Shown piece after piece: positions 11,579-23,110 of a stretch of 24,490 nucleotides of DNA (position 1 is the first letter of the stretch; each line of letters starts with the position of its first letter). The stretch lies in NCBI RefSeq assembly GCF_006345805.1, contig NW_021836376.1, positions 1 through 24,490 of the forward strand. Reading direction: 5' to 3'. Below the pieces are notes generated by a model. That model saw nothing but the letters and a program-made list of their open reading frames with translations. It was not told the origin of the DNA and searched no databases. The DNA is from Octopus sinensis (taxonomy: Eukaryota). Both the position numbers and the translations under genes were made by a program.

Positions 11579-12350
11579 GTGCTTAAGCGCACATATACAC
11601 GACGGTATGTATATGTATCCATTCAAACTTGTGTATGTATACTGGTCTCTATAGATGCCAATAACATCGTTACACTGCTTGTATACATAAGTTTTTTTCC
11701 CCACCCCTCCTTCGTTCCTTTTTCTCTCTTTCCCTTTCTTTCGTTCCCCCTCCTTGCTCAGTATATGAGAATTGCTACATAGATGAATTTTAGCTTGCGT
11801 GCGAGACGGTTTGCGTGAATATATGTACACATGCTTTTATGTGTATATTTAGATTCATATTCATACGTCTGTATATGTATGTATGGCGTTTACGCGCATC
11901 CTTTTGTGTATGTTGATATATATATGTAGATTTTAATATAAATATGTATTGCAGTATTTATAACAGGTTTAATTTCTATGCATTAATTTGCACTGTCTTC
12001 ATTAACGTCAATAGGTTTTTTCCTCGGATTTTATAAATTTATAAGTTTTTTTATATATATATACATATATTTTTGACCTTTTTGTTTATCGCTCGAAGAT
12101 TGACCGTTTTTTCTAAAGGGCCAATCAAACAAGTCCATTTCTTTTTAAAGGTGTAGCGTTTGTAAGAGTATAGATTGAATTGATATATCAGTTCCTTCTC
12201 AAAAAAACTGTCTGATGAACGGCAACGAGAAACTCAGAGTAACAGATTTTGTTGAATTTTCTGCTGCTTAAAATAAAGCATATTACTCTACCACTGGTAT
12301 TTGAGTACTCTTTTTTCCACCTTGTTTCACATGTATGTGTTTACTCCGGT
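11579..12350 (+). repeat. PLE 3' pseudo-LTR
   Basis: Direct repeat of 8201-8969. Confidence 0.93.
12204..12250 (+). ncRNA. Minimal type I hammerhead ribozyme in the 3' pLTR; predicted cleavage after 12241
   Basis: Identical motif: actgt CTGATGA acggcaacga GAAA ctcagag TA acagatttt. Confidence 0.8.
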
Positions 12351-12499
12351 ATAAATTTATATATATATATATATAAGGATATTATTGCTTACGATAGTGT
12401 CAGGTGGCAAGCATGCGTTAAAAAATCCCATAAGGTAAAGCATCATTAATTAATAATTAAAGGTCCTACAAGCAGCACCAGCACACTAAAAATAGCAGC

Positions 12500-12684
12500 A
12501 CCAAGAGAGAGGGAAAGAGAGAGGAAGAGAGAAAGACAGAAGGAGAGAAAAAGAGAGAGAAAAAGAAAGTGTGGAACAGAGAGAGAGGGAAAGAAAATGA
12601 AAGAAATAGAGAAAGAGAGAGATAAATCGAAGAATAATTAGACTGATAAACAAATAGAAACTTCTATAAATAGATTGATAGATT

Positions 12685-12727
<43 letters not shown>

Positions 12728-12988
12728 ATACACACACACATACATATATAAATGGTAAAAAAACGCAATAGAAGACAATGAAAGATTCGGACTGATAGAC
12801 GATAGAAAGGCGGACAGGAGAAACACCGATTAGAAGGACAGGCAAAAAAAGACGGCTCATTCGTGGCTTTCTTTCCTCAGTCAAGTCCCAGAAGTCACGA
12901 CCATCTCGGGCAGTTACACTTGAGATGGGTCGATCTGGTTGGCCCCCCTAAAAGTCTCTGTCTCTCAAGGTATATATATATATATATA

Positions 12989-13030
<42 letters not shown>

Positions 13031-13105
13031 TGTGTCTGTGTGTGTGTGTGAGTGTGTGTGTGTGTGTGTGTGTGAGTGTGTGAGTGTGTGTGTGTGTGTG
13101 TGTTG
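12500..13105. repeat. Low-complexity block: GA-rich, (CA)n, (TA)n and (TG)n tracts
   Basis: Direct reading; explains the CVCV/THTH ORFs. Confidence 0.9.
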
Positions 13106-13532
13106 TGTATCTGCGTGTATTCATTCGTCTGTATTCCTCCTCTCACTAAAAAGGGTTTCAACACCCTCCACCGACCTTCGCTACCCATTCCGTCTACTCC
13201 TTGTCCGAATTCTGAATGCAACAATCAACTTGCATTTGTCAATACGAGACATTTGCGTCGTTCAAAATCCGCTTCCCAAGTTTCATAGCACTTGCAAACA
13301 CTTACTAAATTACGTAGCTGCACCAAGTGGGAAATTCCGTTTTAACCAGGGAAATATGTACAATTGTTCCGAGTATAAATTATTTGATAAACAATCCACT
13401 TGACAAACAGTAGATAAGTAGACATTTAATAATTTTTAATAGAGAATAAGTGGAATAAGAAGAAACAGGTGGAGCAGAGAGACGCCGAGGAGATCATATT
13501 ATGTGAGACGAAAGAATTTAAATAAACTAATG

Positions 13533-13596
<64 letters not shown>

Positions 13597-13627
13597 TCAC
13601 AATAATATTAATAAAAATAATAACAGT

Positions 13628-13842
13628 CGTTCCTACTGTAGGCACAAGGCCTGAAATCTTTTTGGGAGTGAGTTAGTCGATTACCTAGCCCCTAGTACTT
13701 AACTGGTATTTAATTTATAGACATCGAAATGATGAAATGCGAAGTTGACCTCGTGGAAATTTGAACTCAGAAACTAATGATGGATGAAATACTACCAAGC
13801 ATTTTAACCGAAATGCTAACGATTCTGCCAGCTCTCCGCCTT
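13628..13842 (-). mobile_element. tRNA-derived SINE between two (AAT)n tracts
   Basis: Reverse strand aaggcggagagctggcagaatcgttagc..ttctgagttcaaatt; AAT tracts at ~13531-13622 and ~13852-13982. Confidence 0.78.
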
Positions 13843-13923
13843 AAAATGATAAATATTAATAATAATGATAATAATAATGATAATAATAATAATAATAATA
13901 ATAAAATAATAATAATAACAATC

Positions 13924-13979
<56 letters not shown>

Positions 13980-13982
13980 TAA

Positions 13983-14517
13983 CAGTGGCTCTCATGGCTA
14001 CTGATCTTGACTGATTCGAAGTGTTATCATGTACATTGTTTTGTCTTGGTATAAAAGATGGGCTACAGCAAATATTCTGCTCAATACCACAGATTTGCTT
14101 GTCAGTTGTTTGATCTTAACCAGTTGAGCATGTCCCTTAGTGACTGACGATATGTGCATCTCTGATCACGAGCAGAAGTAGTGGGGGAGCATCATAGCCA
14201 TGTGTTGAGAGGGATTCTTTGGGGTTGAATAATTCACCTCTGGAAACATGGGTGTTTCATTCAACATCCTTATACAACCCTTATTCACGGACCTTTTGAG
14301 CGGGATGGGCTACTCGACCAGAAGAAAATTCTAACTGGGGCCCCACCTGCAAGGTCATGTGCTGCTTATCTTGATATGAGATCACCATGTCGCGCACATA
14401 TGCTTGTGATGCATGTGCCTAGTTTAACCTTATCAGACGGGTAGTCATGATGGGTATACTGGGCTTCGTATATTTTATCCCAGTGTCACTTTGATGGCAT
14501 GCACTGCTCTCTCACTC
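13983..14517 (+). mobile_element. ~540-bp AAT-flanked repeat, copy 2 (lacks the first ~20 bp of copy 1)
   Basis: Aligns to 626-1167; followed by (AAT)n at 14518-14671. Confidence 0.8.
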
Positions 14518-14572
14518 AATAATAATAATAATAATAATAATAATCATAATAATAATAATGATAATAATAATG

Positions 14573-14623
<51 letters not shown>

Positions 14624-14631
14624 TAATAATA

Positions 14632-14671
<40 letters not shown>

Positions 14672-14672
<1 letters not shown>

Positions 14673-15085
14673 TCTACTGGAAGCAGAAGGACAAGTCCAT
14701 TACATCGATCCCAGTGTGTAACTGGTACTTAATTTATCGTCTCCGAAAGGATGAAAGGGAAAGTCGACCTCGACGGAATTTGAACTCAGAACGTAAAGAC
14801 AAACGAAATACCTTTACTACCCACAAGGGGCTAACCACAGAGAGGACAAAGAAGGACTGACAAACGGATTAAGTTGATCATATCGACACCAGTGCGTAAC
14901 TGGTACCTATTTAATCGACTCCGAAAGGATGAAAGGCAATGTCGACCTCGGCGAAATTTGAACTCAGAACGTAACCGCAGACGAAATCCTAATAAGCATT
15001 TCGTCCAACGTGCTAACGTCCCTGCCAGCTCGCCGCCTTCATGCAGACGAAATACTTCTAAGCGCTTCGCCCAACGTACCAATAC
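14672..15085 (-). mobile_element. Nested SINEs: full-length copy (14812-15043) inside an older copy of the same family
   Basis: The outer SINE is interrupted and resumes; flanking near-duplicates caaacgaaatac (14800-14811) and cagacgaaatac (15044-15055). Confidence 0.72.
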
Positions 15086-15544
15086 CAACAACAACAAAAA
15101 CAACAACATTAATAATAATAATGATAATAAAGTGAAGATCAAATATATATTGCAAGTGTTTTCATTGGCAACAGACGACCATCTCCAAATAGAAGAATTT
15201 CTGTTTTAACATCCAATTTCTAAAATGTATGACCGTAATAATATTAAATATTAAGTAGAAATATTCCGCCGAGGTTGTCTTTGCCTTTTATCCTTTCGGG
15301 GTCGATGAAATCAATATTAGTTAAGTACTGGGGTCGATGCAATCAACTTACTCCCTCCCCCAAAATTGCTGGTGTTGTGCCAAAATTTGAAATCAATGTG
15401 TAGGAGAAATAAAACAAAACACAGCATTACTCACTAATGGACACCATGTTAATGGTTTTAACAAATTATAAAGTGAACGGCTTGGAGAGTGTTTCATCTT
15501 TATGCGTGTTTCCTTGGATTGAATCTGTGTAGGGGGGCATATTT

Positions 15545-16270
15545 AGGCGCGGCTGTGTGGTAAGACGCTTGCTTCCAAATCTGGTTTCGGGTTCATTTCC
15601 ACTGCGTGGCACACTACGCACATGTCTTCTACTGTAGCCATTGGACACTCAAAATCTTCATAAGCTGATTTGGTAGATGGAAACTGAAAGAAGCCCATTG
15701 TGACTATTCTTTTACTTGTTTCACTCATTTGACTGCAGCCATGTTGGAGCTCCGCCTTCAGTCGAACAAATCGACCCTAGGACTTAATATTTGTAAGCCT
15801 AGTACTTATTCTATCAGTTTCTTTTCCAGAACAACGAGGTTACAGGGACGTAAGGACACCAACATCGATTGTCAAGGGATGGTGGAGGGACAAATATAGA
15901 CACACAAATACACACATACACATAGGGCAGGCTTATTTGAGTTTCCATCTATGAAATCCACTCACAAGGCTTTGGTCGACCCTTGGCTATAGTAGAAGAC
16001 ACTCAACCAAGGTGTCACGCAGTGTGACTCAACCCGGAACCATGTGTTTCTTACCATACAGACTCTCCTACAACTATGTCTGTCTATACGTATGTATATA
16101 TCAGTGTGTATGTGTCTTTGTGTCCGTATTTGTTCCACCACTTGATGACCTGTTTTGGTGTGTTTACGTTCCGGTAACTTAGCGTTTCAAAGAAATACTC
16201 CGATAAAATAAGTACCAGGCTTAAAAAATTAAGTACAGAGGTCAATTAGTTCGACTCAAAACTTCTCAAA
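15545..16270. mobile_element. CORE-type SINE (+; ~15545-15690 and ~16105-16270) interrupted by a full-length minus-strand copy (~15706-16070)
   Basis: Head ggcgcggctgtgtggtaag..gggttcatttccactgcgtggcac; antiparallel copy from attcttttacttgtttc to cagactctccta; the 3' half resumes with gtgtgtttacgttccggtaacttagcg. Confidence 0.7.
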
Positions 16271-16658
16271 CCAGTGGCATCTTTATATATACACATAATC
16301 CTTTCCGAGCCATGTTCGTTGAAGCAATTGTTCGTTACACAAGTAATTGAAATACATATAAATAGAAGAAATCTGTTTCATCCCTCTCCCCAAAGCCACA
16401 TAAAAGTTTATATTATACCTTAGCGTTCATACAAATGAAAATAATGTAAAAGGTCGTATGTAGTGTGACTGCTCAGTTTGGTTTACCACTAAAACACCGG
16501 CTTGAACAGAAAAATGTGGTGCAGAAATTGTGTATCAAAGGTGATATGAAGTGGTTGATCATTGAGCGGAGGGACATAAATTATAACAGATAATGATCAA
16601 GAAAAAACATTTAGCGTTATTCAAGAACATTCATTTTATAATTTATAATATAAGTATA

Positions 16659-17021
16659 GGTGCAGGAGTGGCTGTTTAGTAAGTAGCGTGCTTACCAATC
16701 ACATGGTTCGGGGTTCAATCCCACTGCGTGGCACCTTGGGAAAATGCGTACTACCATAGCCTCGGGCCGACCAAAGTCTTGAGAGTGGATCTGGAAGACG
16801 GAAAATGAAAGAAGCCCATCATGGGTGTGTGTGAGTTTGTGTGTCTGTGTTTGTCCACCAACATCGCTTGACAACCGATGTTGGTGAATTTACGTCCTCG
16901 TAACTTAGTGTTTCAGCAAAGGAGACTCATAGAATGAGTACAAGGCTTATAAATAATAAGTTCGATTAAAAAGGTGGTGTTCCAGCATGGCCGCAATGAT
17001 ATGGCTGAAACAAATAAAAGA
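16659..17021 (+). mobile_element. Full-length CORE-type tRNA-derived SINE (octopus OR2-like)
   Basis: A-box-like TGGCTGTTTAGT, B-box GGTTCAATCCC, gcgtggcaccttggg core, 3' ggtgttccagcatggccgc..gaaacaaataaaag tail. The family name is from recall, not from a search. Confidence 0.85.
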
Positions 17022-17829
17022 ACTGTGCAGAGTGGTTACAAATATGCACAAAGTCTCTTAGAGCTGTTTCTAGAATAGCTAAGCATGTTATTGAGTAAAG
17101 AATTCCATCTGAGCAAATCATTCCGTTATTGGAGAAAGAAGAAGAAGAAAATGCAGAAATGCATAATATCCTTTATCGAGGATATTATTCGTTACCAGTC
17201 TTTTGGGAAACCATGCAATTCTCAGATAAATGTGTCTGGTATTTTCGTGATCGAAGAGTTAGTAAAGTTTCTATGAAAGTCCCTGGCAAAGGATAATGGA
17301 AGTTATCGGTTGCATCTTTGAATAGAAAATCAGATTTGGAAGGCCTTGGAAGAGTCTATTATTAGGCGAATGAGAAACATATGAGAGTATATAGAGATTA
17401 GTCTATATAGTGAGTGTGTGTTTGACTTAGGGGTTAAGGGGATGAATGTATAGACACACATGCATACAGACAGAGACATACATATACACACACGCACTAA
17501 CATATGCACACACACACAGACAGACACACACACATATGCAGTGGCATATTCCCATTGATATACACACAGTCAGATACACATAATTACGCGGCCATACATA
17601 CACATCCAAACGTATGAGATTAGAGATGGAAGGAAAATGTCTGTTTGCACACAGACACAGACACAAATTGTCGCATAGTCATCGTATATAAGTATAGAGA
17701 GTTAAATTTAATTAAGTGAGTAGAGGAGAGAGAGAGATGGTAAATTGATAGGAGAGGATTGTTTAGTAATGTAATTAAGGATGAGAAAAAGCAGATGTAT
17801 AAACGCCAGTCGCCTCATTGTATATTTGA

Positions 17830-19545
17830 CTACCAATGTGGGCCAGAGTGATTAAATCGCCAAACTAGAAATACCCAGGACCGGATGGGGTACAAGGATA
17901 TTGGCTGAAAATTTCCCCAGCACTACACAGAAGAATAGCCAACCAAATATATAAAATGATCAACAACGGGGTACAAATTCCAAAGAGGCTGACCAAAAGT
18001 CAAACAATTCTTTGCCAAAAGAATCCCAACAAAGCAATGCAGTGGATAATCACCGGCCAATCACCTGTTTGCCCCTGATGTGGAAGCTGATGACAGGAAA
18101 AATATCTAATTAGGTGTATGACTTCCTGGAAATAAATTACAAAGCACCAGTGGAACAGAAAGTGTATCGAAAGAGAAGCCAAGGGACAGTTACAGATTAA
18201 TATGGTTTCAGAAAGGAAAATGAAAAGGGAGAAATTGTCTGTAAGCAACTGCACACGATAAGGCATTCATAACTAACTACATAAAGCCAAAATAGACAAA
18301 AACCAGGCAAATTCCTAATGTGGAGACTTTTAACATGAATGCACAAAGAAAACTTTTCGAAGTAACTTGCCAACCAGAATTTGTTACCAGAAGAACTGAA
18401 ATGTTTGCAGAAAGAAGGCTAGAGGAACGCACGATCTATTAAACACAGAGAAAGCAGTTCTAAAATCGAGAATGCAAGCTTCAACGGTATAAAAATCATA
18501 TGGCATGATTCAACACTCACGGATAAGTGAATATTTGAGTATATTCAGTATTGCAGACAACACAAGAGACTTAATTAGTTACAGCAATAGTGCAAAGAAT
18601 TGGAAAGTATATCTCTACTCAGGTGACACTGCCTTAGGAAAAGTTAATATCAGGTGAGGAATTCTCCAGGGAGACTCGTTATCTCCGTTAATATTAGTGT
18701 TATGCATAACTGTCGTCAATTTAGTACTAAGAAAGGCAAAGTCAGGGTATCAGTTTAGAGATGTTAAAAGAAATATTAATCATTTGCTCAAGATGGACGA
18801 TTAGAAGCTTTTGGGTTACTTAATACGAATTGTAGGAATCTTTAGCAAAGATATAGGCATGGAATTTGGCATAGATATGTGCGCATCACAAATTATAAAA
18901 AGGGGACAGGTAGTCAGCAGTGAATGTCAGATAGCAAGAGAGTAAAATCACTGAAGGCAGAGAATCATAAGTGCTTCGGAGTATTAGAATCTGAGAGTGT
19001 ACTAACAATGGAAATAGATAAGGAGTACATCGGAAGGGTGAAGAAGCTAATGAAGGGAAAGCTTAGTGTTCTAAATCTAGTAAAGGTTGTAAAACTTTGG
19101 GAAGTATGGTTACTTCGGAGTTCAGCAGAATTTGTTGATTGGAAAAGATCTCAATTTGCAAATCTTGACAAAATGACTAGGGAGGAACTCAATATGAATG
19201 GAGGTTTTTAGCCTAGATTAGGAACAGCAAGATTGCACATGCTTAGAATAACAAAGGTTGAAGAGGTTTAATATCAGCAAAAGGTAGCGTAGAGTTCGCT
19301 GGAGTTGATATATATAATAGTGAATATAATTTATGAGTTGCTAGATTTACAGTAGGAGAGAGGAAAGGAAAAAGCCAAATGAAATTAAAACCAGAAAAAA
19401 GAAGAGAGATTATCTAACTGACAAGAGAATGTTTTTCCTCGGTATATTAGCAAAGATAGTTGCAGGAAATAGTAATATTGAGACATGGTTATGGTTGCTG
19501 AAAGGAAGCTGATAATGGAGACAGAGTTTGTAAGCAAAATCTTAA
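17830..19545 (+). mobile_element. Heavily decayed, rearranged R4/Dong-type LINE RT region
   Basis: [79 protein letters not shown]. Confidence 0.82.
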
Positions 19546-19559
19546 TTGTGTATATATGT

Positions 19560-20875
19560 ATATATACACAAACGTACTCACACAATCTAAACTGTTGTTT
19601 GTATATGGAATAATAATAAATTGATATGCGGATTCTCACGTGAACAGCTTAGGGAATCAGTACCGTCTTTACCCTCTAATACCTGCATCTGCTGTGTGAG
19701 TCCTGCGGCAAGTTACGCAGGGGGAACTGGACGCCCCTAAACCATACAGAGAATGCTGCACTTGAGATAACCCATGTACATGAAAGTTACAATATGCTAA
19801 ACACACATGGAGAGTAAACCACGTAGAATATCCCTTTCATTCTTCTGCTAGTAGCAGAATAATTCAGTCCTAGATGTCATTTAATAAATTGATGCGTCAT
19901 CTTGATAGTAAGGTCGGACTAATATTTCGGAGAGATCTATGAAAATTAAAATCCACATCATGTGATGCATTACAATAATTATTGCAAATATAGGTTTCAG
20001 GACTAATGAATGTCCATTACTTGAACATTTGCGCTATCAGCCCTATCGTAAGCATTTGAGACAATGATATTCCATTGTCTCACACCCTACCGTCTTAACC
20101 ACGGAAAGAATAGAACACACATTACGATGTAAATAAATCAACGGTATGATCATGACCGAAACGCCTGTGGTCATAGTCTTTCCGCCAGTGAACAACTAGA
20201 ATACTTTACAACCAACTGAAATATATTCTGTGAAACGAGGAAAATTCGTGGGGTTTGCATTTTAGTAACTAGAGAGATGAGGTCGTTTTTTGAGCAGATA
20301 TCGCCATCCCAATAATCGATAAAAACAATGGCGTTTGTTTTAGAAAAGCGTCAAGTAGTTAAGAATATTCTCTGGGTGTTGCTAGGACATATGAAAAATA
20401 CGATGTTGGTAATATAATAGAAGTCGAGGACACATGAAATCGTGATTAAGGTCATGATTTCAGATCCTAGGACGAGTGGTGTATTGTGCGCAGAACACTT
20501 CACCTTATGTTGCACAGCGATCATTTCACCACTTGACTTGTAGGAATGGTGACTAGCTGGAAAATGGATTTATTTTCTGGATATTAAAGAATTTCAGCCA
20601 ATCACATACATCAAGAGAAAATACTGGAACTCTCGTTTTAAAAAAATAGAGAATTATTACAACAGCGTATTTCATTCAGTATGCATTTCGGATAGCAGCT
20701 GGAAGGTGAGACAAAAAATTTATATGAGGCAATAGATTATTCAGATAAGTGGATAAAACTTTTAATTTCTGTAGAACATTTCAAACTGAAGTAATATTTG
20801 GAGGCGGCGTTATAAAGGTAAATAAATTTTTGTTACTTTTCTTTTATGATTTTACGTTTGTATCTACACACACAC
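19560..20875. repeat. Duplicated segment B, copy 2
   Basis: Collinear with 4565-5895. Confidence 0.92.
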
Positions 20876-21082
20876 GTATATATGATTTATTTTTCCCTCT
20901 CTCTCTATCTTTCTATAACTATGCAACTTAACAGAATAATGTTGTTCCTGACAATCATTTGTCGGTGAGCATTTGGTTCCAAGCAACCATAACATTGTTA
21001 CATGCGCGTTAGAATAATTATTTAAATATTTGTTTGTCCTGTTCATCCTGTATAAAGACTTATACATAAACACACATGCATA

Positions 21083-21238
21083 GGCGTGACTATGAGGTAG
21101 GATAGATGGTTCGCAAGCAGATAGATCCAGGTTCAGTTTCACTGCATGGCAATTTGGGAAAGTGTCTTCTACTATAGCCTCGGGCTGACCAAAGCCGTAC
21201 GAGTGGATTTGGTAGACGGAAAAAACCGAAAGAAGTTC

Positions 21239-21270
<32 letters not shown>
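21083..21270 (+). mobile_element. CORE-type SINE, 5' half ending in its internal (TA)n; its 3' half is at ~23465-23735
   Basis: ggcgtgactatg..ccaggttcagtttcactgcatggcaatttgggaaagtgtcttctactatagcctcggg..gaaagaag then (TA)n. Confidence 0.8.
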
Positions 21271-21271
<1 letters not shown>

Positions 21272-21382
21272 CAATTATAGGCCATTCACCCACTAGAAAT
21301 AACAGCCAAAGCTTCTACCGCAAATAAAGATTAATTCCGTAAAAGGAGAAATTAAGAAAATTAAAAAAACATTTACCCTGTA

Positions 21383-21489
21383 ATTTCTTGTACGGTATAC
21401 CGTTTTCATCGCTGTTTAATGGTAAACTACCCTGATTAAATTAAATCAAGCCAATCTTCCATAAGCCCTCGGATTCTTCAGCAAGAAAT
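21383..21489 (-). ncRNA. Type I hammerhead ribozyme, unit 1 (two 1-bp indels at the helix II/GAAA boundary)
   Basis: Minus strand atttcttg CTGAAGA atccg..cgat GAAAA cggtataccg TA caagaaat; predicted cut between 21391 and 21390. Confidence 0.7.
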
Positions 21490-21867
21490 AGCTCAAGTCG
21501 GAACAGATATTTCACGAGGCATACCCAATCTTGCCAAGTCAATATCTGACCTAAAATTTTCAATCGTCGCACTCGCGCCAAATTTATCGGCAGCAAATAA
21601 ATATCAGCCGTCGATTCCATTACGGAATTAACCAAAAAATTCATAATTAATCATATAGGGTGGCAAGGAAAATTTTGTAGAATTTTATTGCCACCAGCGG
21701 CCCAGTGGGAAAAAATTAAATAGTCATAGACCATTTTCAAGTTCAACATTAACATTAAGGAACGGCCATAATAGGCCATTCACCCACTAGAAATAACAGC
21801 CAAAGCTTCCCCGCAAATAAAGATTAATCCGTAAACAGGAGAAAATTAAAAAAACATTTACCCTGTA

Positions 21868-21973
21868 ATTTCTTGTACGGTATACCGTTTCATCCGCTGT
21901 TAATGGTAAACTACCCTGATTAAATTAAATCAAGCCACTCTTCCATAAGCCCTCGGATTCTTCAGCAAGAAAT
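21868..21973 (-). ncRNA. Type I hammerhead ribozyme with extended stem II, unit 2 (perfect core)
   Basis: Helix I atttcttg/caagaaat (8 bp); core CTGAAGA; helix II atccg/cggat (5 bp) closing ~65 nt; GAAA; helix III palindrome ACGGTATACCGT; GUA triplet; predicted cut between 21876 and 21875. Confidence 0.88.
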
Positions 21974-22353
21974 AGCTCAAGTCGGAACAGATATTTACAC
22001 GAGGCATACCCAATCTTGCCAAGTCAATATCTGACCTAAAATTTTCAATCGTCGCACACTCGCGCCAAATTTATCGGCAGCAAATAAATATCAGCCGTCG
22101 ATTCCATTACGGATTAACCAAAAAATTCATAATTAATCAATATAGGGTGGCAGGAAAATTTTGTAGAATTTTATTGCCACCAGCGGCCCAGTGGGAAAAA
22201 ATTAAATAGTCATAGACCATTTTTAAGTCAACATTAACATTAAGGAACGGCCATAATAGGCCATTCACCACTAGAAATAACAGCCAAAGCTTCTACCGCA
22301 AATAAAGATTAATTCCGTAAACAGGAGAAAATTAAAAAAAACATTTACCCTGT

Positions 22354-22458
22354 ATTTCTTGTACGGTATACCGTTTCATCCGCTGTTAATGGTAAACTAC
22401 CCTGATTAAATTAATCAAGCCAATCTTCCATAAGCCCTCGGATTCTTCAGCAAGAAAT
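22354..22458 (-). ncRNA. Type I hammerhead ribozyme with extended stem II, unit 3 (perfect core)
   Basis: Same pairings as unit 2; predicted cut between 22362 and 22361. Confidence 0.88.
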
Positions 22459-23110
22459 AGCTCAAGTCGGAACAGATATTTACACGAGGCATACCCAATC
22501 TTGCCAAGTCAATATCTGACCTAAAATTTTCAATCGTCGCACTCGCGCCAAATTTATCGGCAGCAAATAAATATCAGCCGTCGATTCCATTACGGAATTA
22601 ACCAAAAAATTCATAATTAATCAATATAGGTGGCAAGGAAAATTTTGTTAGAATTTTATTGCCACCAGCGGCCCAGTGGGAAAAAATTAAATAGTCATAG
22701 ACCATTTTTAAGTTTCAACATTAACAATTAAGGAACGGCCATAATAGGCCATTCACCCACTAGAAATAACAGCCAAAGCTTCTACCGCAAATAAAGATTA
22801 ATTCCGTAAACAGGAGAAAATTAAAAAAACATTTACCTGTAATTGTTAATGTTGAACTTAAAAATGGTCTATGACTATTTAATTTTTTCCCACTGGGCCG
22901 CTGGTGGCAATAAAATTCTACAAAATTTTCCTTGCCACCCTATATTGATAATTATGAATTTTTTGGTTAATTCCGTAATGGAATCGACGGCTGATATTTA
23001 TTTGCTGCCGATAAATTTGGCGCGAGTGCGACGATTTGAAAATTTTAGGTCAGATATTGACTTGGCAAGATTGGGTATGCCTCGTGTAAATATCTGTTCC
23101 GACTTAAGCT

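Larger units (their letters stand above)
8201..12350 (+). mobile_element. Penelope-like retroelement (C-terminal GIY-YIG type), apparently full length, with direct pseudo-LTRs and 8-bp TSD
   Basis: Near-identical direct repeats 8201-8969 and ~11579-12350 flank an RT/GIY-YIG ORF; ATAAATTT occurs at 8193-8200 and 12351-12358; inserted beside a (TA)n tract. Confidence 0.93.

Noticed and set aside
13230-13400. Minus-strand Cys-containing reading (NNCTYFPG*..VCKCYETWEADFERRKCL)
   Set aside because: Short, interrupted by a stop, with no recognisable domain spacing or convincing splice sites.
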